DNA of 64,000 nt from Saccharolobus islandicus REY15A (GTDB lineage Archaea; Thermoproteota; Thermoprotei_A; Sulfolobales; Sulfolobaceae): assembly GCF_000189555.1 (NCBI RefSeq), contig NC_017276.1, one strand, 5' to 3'. This document shows, in pieces, positions 58,382 through 64,000 of this stretch. Within the stretch, counting starts at the first letter, position 1, and every line of letters starts with the position of its first letter. The notes under the pieces were generated by a model. That model saw only the letters and a list, made by a program, of their open reading frames with translations. It made no database searches and was not told the origin of the DNA. The translations under genes and the position numbers were made by a program.

Positions 58382-60503
58382 TACCTATCACCTCCTCAAG
58401 AAAATTAAAGTAATTATTAACTATAGTTTTAAGATCATAATCTGTATTGTCAATGGTTAATATACTTGTTTTTTTATTAACTTTTCCTATTATAGATGCT
58501 ACAATACCTTTACTCCTGCTCTTTTCAACTATCCATTCTGGTTCATTAGTTAAGATAACGAAACGTCCACTACTTTCAGAGAATAAATTCTCTACAACAT
58601 TGTCAGTATCGCTCAAAATACTCTTAGTACTTATTTCTACTCCGTATCCATGAACTATTATGTTGAAAAGAGAAGCCGCTAGGCCACCTCTACTTATATC
58701 CTTCGCAAATGTAATTTTCTCCTCATTTATAGCATCAATTACTACCTCAGAAGATAATAGATCCTCTTGTAACCTTACTTTAGGAGCTTGGCTAGGAACC
58801 TTAAATATCTTTGATAATAGTGATCCTCCTAATTCTTTTCGTGTGTACCCCAGTAATACAACGTATGAACTATCTTCCACTCTATTTTTAAGTAATTTAC
58901 CTTGAACTAACCCTGCCATTACTATTAAAGGTGTTGGCTTTATTGGTTTTCCTTGACTATTTTCATTATAAAATGATACTTTCCCGCCAACAATAGGTAT
59001 GTTAAAGAATCTAGTAGCCTCCCCTATACCTCTTATTGCTTCTACGAAAGTATAGTAAACTTCTGGCTTCTTTGGATCCCCAAACTGTAAATGGTCAACT
59101 GCAACCATTCCTCTAGCTCCTACTGTAGCCAAATTTCTATAAGCCTCTGCCACGATTCCTTTTCCACACTCATATGCATCCTCAGAGCACAAGTCAGGGT
59201 TTCCATCGGCCTTTATCGCTAATAACTTGCCGTTAGGAAGCGAAACTACTGCGCCATTAGCATCACCGGGTTTGACTACTGTTGAGGTATTTACTTCATA
59301 ATCGAACTGCGAATAAACCCATTCTTTACTTACCAAATCTGGATGTGATAATACAGTGTATATTGTGCTTTCTAACGATAAATCAACATTTTTCTCTTCA
59401 ACGTTCTTCCTAACGTTTTTTATTGGCCATAAAAACTTTGGTGGTTCCAGTAACGCGTTTGTGGGCAGGGAAACGAGATCTTTACCAAAATATCTAAACT
59501 TAATTATTGGTTCACTAGTTATCTCACCTATTACACTGCAAGGATATTCGTACTCTTCAAAAGCTTTACATACTTCCTCAACGTTTTTCTCCTCCACTGC
59601 GTATAACATTCTCTCTTGTGTTTCAGATATGATTACGTCTGCAGGATCCATATTTTTTACACGTAACGGAATTTTCTCTATATCTACTATAGCACCAAGT
59701 CCATTTGCCATCTCAGTTACAGCAACTGCTAGCCCTCCGCCCCCTAAGTCCTTAATAGCCTCTACCTTATCAGCAATCTCTAATGTTACATCTAGTATAA
59801 TTTTCCCAGCGAAAGGATCAGCTATCTGTACTGCTCCAATTTCGTCTTCACCACTTAACTTTCTGGACGCGAATGAAGCCCCACCTAAACCATCAATTCC
59901 AGTAAGTCCTGCTAACACTAATTTAAGTCCTGCTTTATCTACTATACTTGGTTTTATCTTATCTTTTCTAACTATTCCAATTGCTGCTACATCTACTAGC
60001 GGATTATCATTATATGTATCATCGAATGATAATTCTCCACCAACTACTGGAACTCCAATACTATTTCCATATGCCGCAATTCCCGCAATTATATTCTTAA
60101 GTAACCATGCGTTTTTCCTTATTTTTAGATTTCCAACCCTTATCATGTCCATGAGTGCAATTGGTTTAGCCCCCTTGCTGATAATGTCCCTTATTATTCC
60201 TCCTACACCTGTTGCGGCACCATTAAATGGATCAATTGCGGACGGATGGTTATGGCTTTCAACCTTTATTACTATAGCCCATCCATCTCCTATGTCCACT
60301 GCTCCAGCATCTTGCCAGTCTTTTATGCCCATTATGACATTGGGGCTATCTATGGAAAAGCTCTTCAAGAAGATTTTAGATGACTTATAAGAACAATGTT
60401 CTGACCATACAGCGTCAATCACCCTCCACTCAATCTCATTAGGTTCTCTATCTAACCTTTTTCGAATGTCGTCCATTTCTATTGGGAGAAGATTTAAGCC
60501 CAT
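58374..60503 (-). CDS. purL: FGAM synthase PurL
   Basis: WSEHCSYKS, ESHNHPS, GGKVSFYN, FSES. Confidence 0.96.
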   Translation of the reverse strand: MGLNLLPIEMDDIRKRLDREPNEIEWRVIDAVWSEHCSYKSSKIFLKSFSIDSPNVIMGIKDWQDAGAVDIGDGWAIVIKVESHNHPSAIDPFNGAATGVGGIIRDIISKGAKPIALMDMIRVGNLKIRKNAWLLKNIIAGIAAYGNSIGVPVVGGELSFDDTYNDNPLVDVAAIGIVRKDKIKPSIVDKAGLKLVLAGLTGIDGLGGASFASRKLSGEDEIGAVQIADPFAGKIILDVTLEIADKVEAIKDLGGGGLAVAVTEMANGLGAIVDIEKIPLRVKNMDPADVIISETQERMLYAVEEKNVEEVCKAFEEYEYPCSVIGEITSEPIIKFRYFGKDLVSLPTNALLEPPKFLWPIKNVRKNVEEKNVDLSLESTIYTVLSHPDLVSKEWVYSQFDYEVNTSTVVKPGDANGAVVSLPNGKLLAIKADGNPDLCSEDAYECGKGIVAEAYRNLATVGARGMVAVDHLQFGDPKKPEVYYTFVEAIRGIGEATRFFNIPIVGGKVSFYNENSQGKPIKPTPLIVMAGLVQGKLLKNRVEDSSYVVLLGYTRKELGGSLLSKIFKVPSQAPKVRLQEDLLSSEVVIDAINEEKITFAKDISRGGLAASLFNIIVHGYGVEISTKSILSDTDNVVENLFSESSGRFVILTNEPEWIVEKSRSKGIVASIIGKVNKKTSILTIDNTDYDLKTIVNNYFNFLEEVIGNG

Positions 60504-61168
60504 TTTCCTAACCTCCTCAAAAGAATTAACCCATCCACTGTTCCATCAACTGAGGTCAGTTTAAAGGAAGCCCTCTCCGGATGTGGCATCATTCCTATTA
60601 CATTTCCTTCTTCATTGGCTATTGATGCTATATTAAGCAATGATCCGTTGGGATTTGTATCCTCACTTACATTCCCGTTCTCATCACAATATTGAAGAAC
60701 CATGTTTGTTTTTGCATAATCTACATCATCTACATAATAGCGACCTTCTGCATGAGCTATGGGCATTCTTATTATTTTCTTGTCTAGTCCCTTAGTTAGG
60801 ACTGTATCGGTTCTAATTACCTTAAGGGAAACCCACTTCGAGATAAATCTTAATTTTAAATTTGGTAACAAGGCCCCTTTTAATAGTCCGCTTTCAACAA
60901 GGATTTGGAACCCATTACATATTCCAATTACTATTTTTCCTTCTTCTGCCATTTGCTTAACTTTCTTTATAGTTTCTGTACTAGCTGCAATACTTCCAGC
61001 TCTTAAATAATCCCCAAAGCTAAATCCTCCAGGTAAAATTACTCCATTATATTTATCTGGATCGAATTCCTTATATTTTACTATCACTGTGGGGACTCCG
61101 GCCTCCATTAACGCCTTATAGACATCAGCTTCACAAGTAGTACCAGGGAACTTAACTATCGCAATCAT
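60494..61168 (-). CDS. purQ: FGAM synthase glutaminase PurQ
   Basis: FPGTTC, GGFSFGDYLRAG, GICNGFQ, MMPHPER. Confidence 0.96.
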   Translation of the reverse strand: MIAIVKFPGTTCEADVYKALMEAGVPTVIVKYKEFDPDKYNGVILPGGFSFGDYLRAGSIAASTETIKKVKQMAEEGKIVIGICNGFQILVESGLLKGALLPNLKLRFISKWVSLKVIRTDTVLTKGLDKKIIRMPIAHAEGRYYVDDVDYAKTNMVLQYCDENGNVSEDTNPNGSLLNIASIANEEGNVIGMMPHPERASFKLTSVDGTVDGLILLRRLGKWA

Positions 61169-61434
61169 TCTTTTCTCACTCTGACGAAAATTTTATGAAC
61201 TATTGGATTGTATAATCTTCCCTCACGTGCAATTTTCTCAATTAAATTCTTAGCATCTTCTTCATTATTAGCCTCAATTTTAAACTGAATGTACTTTCCT
61301 ACTCTTGTCTCGATTATGTTGTTTGTGTATTTTTCAATAACATACCTTTGTATTGTTTCTCCTTCAGGGTCTCTAACGGAGTCTTTATTGATTATTATCA
61401 ATTCTACATAGTATTTCATACAAGGGAACCTCAT
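61165..61434 (-). CDS. purS: FGAM synthase PurS
   Basis: [16 protein letters not shown]. Confidence 0.9.
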   Translation of the reverse strand: MRFPCMKYYVELIIINKDSVRDPEGETIQRYVIEKYTNNIIETRVGKYIQFKIEANNEEDAKNLIEKIAREGRLYNPIVHKIFVRVRKE

Positions 61435-62132
61435 GAGGCAATTCTTTTTAGAAATTCTTCATATGAGGCTTTTACTGTTTTCAAATCGTAACCTTTTCTA
61501 TATAAATCCTTATCGTATATTCTTGAATTAGGATCCCTAATCCTCATACTATCTAGTGATATTTCATCTCCTATCACTAATTTATCGCCTAAACGGCCAA
61601 ATTCTAACTTAAAGTCATATAATATTAAGCCTTTATTTTTAATAAAATTGAATAATACATCATTTGTCTTCATCATTATGTCTTCTATATACTGAGCCTC
61701 CTTTCTACTCATTAATTTAAGATGTTCCATGTGGTAATAGTTAAGTAAAGGATCATGACGCAAGTCGTCCTTTAAGAAAAATTCTACTATTGGAGGTTCG
61801 AAAACCTCGCCCTCTTTTATTGGTAATCGCTTGACTATGCTGCCCGTTGCGATGTTTCTTAGTACAACTTCTACTGGTATCATCTTTAATTTCTTTACTA
61901 TCATTGTTCTTTCATCTTTCATCCCTACGTAATGTGTTTCTATACCATTTCTTTCCAATAATCTAAAGAAGAATGCTGATGTTTGAGCGTTTAAAACGCC
62001 CTTACCCTCCATTACATCCCTTTTTTGACCATCACCAGCGGTTATATCGTCTTTAAACCTGAGTAATACATGATCTTTATCAAAATCATAAACTATCTTG
62101 GTCTTTCCCTCAGAAATCTTGTTAACTTCCAT
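61431..62132 (-). CDS. purC: SAICAR synthetase
   Basis: EGKTK, FKDDITA, EVVLRN, DFKLEFG, DEIS.D..R, DKD. Confidence 0.96.
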   Translation of the reverse strand: MEVNKISEGKTKIVYDFDKDHVLLRFKDDITAGDGQKRDVMEGKGVLNAQTSAFFFRLLERNGIETHYVGMKDERTMIVKKLKMIPVEVVLRNIATGSIVKRLPIKEGEVFEPPIVEFFLKDDLRHDPLLNYYHMEHLKLMSRKEAQYIEDIMMKTNDVLFNFIKNKGLILYDFKLEFGRLGDKLVIGDEISLDSMRIRDPNSRIYDKDLYRKGYDLKTVKASYEEFLKRIAS

Positions 62133-62241
62133 TACGACTATTTTACATAGCCGATATAAAAAGTTAGCTTACAACGAGTATAAACTTTTACTTTATTATG
62201 TAAATCAAAATCCTTATAATTCTTCAATTATGCTTAAGCTC

Positions 62242-62586
62242 ATGAGCAGTCAAATTACAATAGACGATTTTGCAAAATTAGACCTTAGGGTAGGAATTGT
62301 AAGACAAGCTGAAAGAATTGAAGGAACAAGACTCCTAAAACTCATGGTTGACCTGGGTTCAGAACAAAGGCAAATAATTGCTGGCTTAGGAGAATATTAC
62401 ACTCCAGATGAGTTATTAAACAAGAGGATAATAATTATAGTCAATTTAAAGCCTAGAGTGATTAGAGGTTTTGAGAGCCAAGGTATGTTATTAGCTGCCG
62501 GATGTAAGGAGGACGAAGCGAAAGGAATAAAACCTAGGATAATAACTGTAGATGGAGAAGTCCCTCCAGGAACTAAGATATGTTAA
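62242..62586 (+). CDS. tRNA-binding protein (Trbp111/CsaA/MetRS C-terminal-like)
   Basis: FAKLDLRVG, VNLKPR, SQGMLLA; probable start 62242. Confidence 0.88.
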   Translation: MSSQITIDDFAKLDLRVGIVRQAERIEGTRLLKLMVDLGSEQRQIIAGLGEYYTPDELLNKRIIIIVNLKPRVIRGFESQGMLLAAGCKEDEAKGIKPRIITVDGEVPPGTKIC

Positions 62587-63578
62587 ATCCATTTGAAAAG
62601 TTACAGATCCCACCAAAGGCTAATTACACTATCGATACTATGCTAAAAAGGCTGCCAAAGATAGGTGGTACCACAGTTAGAGATAGGGAGATAAGAAGGT
62701 TAAAAGAATATTATGAAAGAATTAAGAAATACCATGACTTTGTAGTGCAATTCCCTAGAATTGATGAATTACATCCTTTTTATTTAGAGGCAACTAGAAT
62801 TGTAACTGACATTGATAAACTGAGAATTTGTTTATCAGTCACTAAGAAAGCAAGTGCAATATCTATGAAGATATTGAAAGAATACATCAACCAGATAAGG
62901 AAAAGCCCTGAAAATGAAGCTAATCGAATAATGCGGCAAGCTTTTGGAAGAGTAAGTTCCATACTAAGAAAATCTAGTGAATGCATAGATAAAGTAATAG
63001 ATGTAGCCAAAGAGTTAAAGAAAATTCAAGGTATAGATCCTATATTGCCAACTATTGTAGTTGCAGGTCCTCCAAATGTAGGCAAGTCTACTTTGGTTTC
63101 AAAAATCTCCACAGCTAAACCAGAAATTGCAAGTTATCCCTTTACTACAAAAGAAGTTCACGTGGGCCACGTTATTTTAGATGATTTTCGTATCCAGATT
63201 ATAGATACGCCAGGCATTTTAGATAGGCCAGAAATTGAGAGAAATAATATAGAGAGAAAGGCTACTAATGCGATAAGAAATTTAAACGGTATAATCATAT
63301 TCATGTTTGACTCCTCGATCTCCTCAGTTCTTTCTGTTGAAAGTCAAATAGAATTATTTAGAGAAGTAAAATTATTAAAAAAGGTTATAATCCCTGTTAT
63401 CAATAAAATTGATGAGAAAGACGATGAATATTATAAGAAGATTGTAGATTTTCTTTCTAAAGAAGGAAGTAAATGGTATGAAATAAGTGCTGAAAAGGGA
63501 ATAGGTTTAGACAAGTTAAAAGAAGAGCTTTTTAGCTTGATAAAGAGTAGTGGTACAAATGAAGTATCGCGTAATTGA
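62580..63578 (+). CDS. NOG1-family GTPase
   Basis: GPPNVGKS, YPFTT, DTPG, NKID. Confidence 0.92.
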   Translation: MLNPFEKLQIPPKANYTIDTMLKRLPKIGGTTVRDREIRRLKEYYERIKKYHDFVVQFPRIDELHPFYLEATRIVTDIDKLRICLSVTKKASAISMKILKEYINQIRKSPENEANRIMRQAFGRVSSILRKSSECIDKVIDVAKELKKIQGIDPILPTIVVAGPPNVGKSTLVSKISTAKPEIASYPFTTKEVHVGHVILDDFRIQIIDTPGILDRPEIERNNIERKATNAIRNLNGIIIFMFDSSISSVLSVESQIELFREVKLLKKVIIPVINKIDEKDDEYYKKIVDFLSKEGSKWYEISAEKGIGLDKLKEELFSLIKSSGTNEVSRN

Positions 63579-64000
63579 AATCTTTACCTCTGTTCAAGGT
63601 GAAGGTGAGGTCATCGGCACTCCTTCAAATTTCATTAGACTCGCCACGTGCAATTTAAGATGTGTATGGTGTGATACAAAGTACTCGTGGGAAATTGGCA
63701 CTGAGATGACCATAGATGAGATTATTGCAAAAATAGATAAGAAAATTAGAACTACCACTATAACTGGGGGAGAGCCTTTACTCCAAAACGTAGTGCCACT
63801 TGCTAAGGAACTTAAGAGTATTGGGCATAAGATTGTGATTGAAACAAACGGTACAATAAAGCCTTCAGAGGAATTAAGGAAGATTATTGATGTATTTTCA
63901 GTTTCTCCTAAGCTTAGTAATTCTGGGCATAAACTAAAATACGACTTCTCAGACGATTGGGCTACATACTATAAGTTTGTTATAGTTTATCCAAACAAGG
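63559..64000 (+). CDS. queE: 7-carboxy-7-deazaguanine synthase QueE, partial (runs out of window)
   Basis: MKYRVIEIFTSVQGEG...RLATCNLRCVWCDTKYSW, TGGEP, ETNG, SPK. Confidence 0.9.
   Translation, partial: MKYRVIEIFTSVQGEGEVIGTPSNFIRLATCNLRCVWCDTKYSWEIGTEMTIDEIIAKIDKKIRTTTITGGEPLLQNVVPLAKELKSIGHKIVIETNGTIKPSEELRKIIDVFSVSPKLSNSGHKLKYDFSDDWATYYKFVIVYPNK

Noticed and set aside
59356-60390. 344-aa + strand ORF
   Set aside because: Exact antisense shadow of purL with no recognisable motifs

Overview
Low-GC archaeal chromosome segment. Gene content and order point to Saccharolobus (S. islandicus/S. solfataricus group, Sulfolobales); this assignment is inference. Most of the window is core genome. 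It contains the end of the secY-adk-rpl34e-cmk cluster, the ced DNA-import operon, archease and amzA, split glutamate synthase, glycosyltransferases, Moco genes, sua5/birA, tldD/E, hom/cyoE, the argX-carBA-argHG operon, the pur operon, a NOG1 GTPase and the start of queE. One accessory island (about 4.7-12.9 kb) lies between tRNA-Phe(GAA) and tRNA-Gly(CCC). It holds integrase relics with a tRNA-Glu att half-site, an intact TnpB-only IS200/IS605 element, a GNAT, a small protein plus retropepsin pair, a coiled-coil PD-(D/E)XK gene and a decayed COG1361/permease locus. Two frameshifted IS1-family (ISC796-like) copies occur further on. Elements missing from the ORF track include three box C/D sRNA candidates (one complementary to the 16S anti-SD end), one H/ACA-type RNA candidate, cedA2, a 45-aa RHH regulator and a 22-aa Lys/Gln/Gly micro-ORF. 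No CRISPR array is present. I found no unambiguous large novel system; the best leads are the small RNAs, the micro-ORF, the retropepsin module and the regulator pair between pur and arg.
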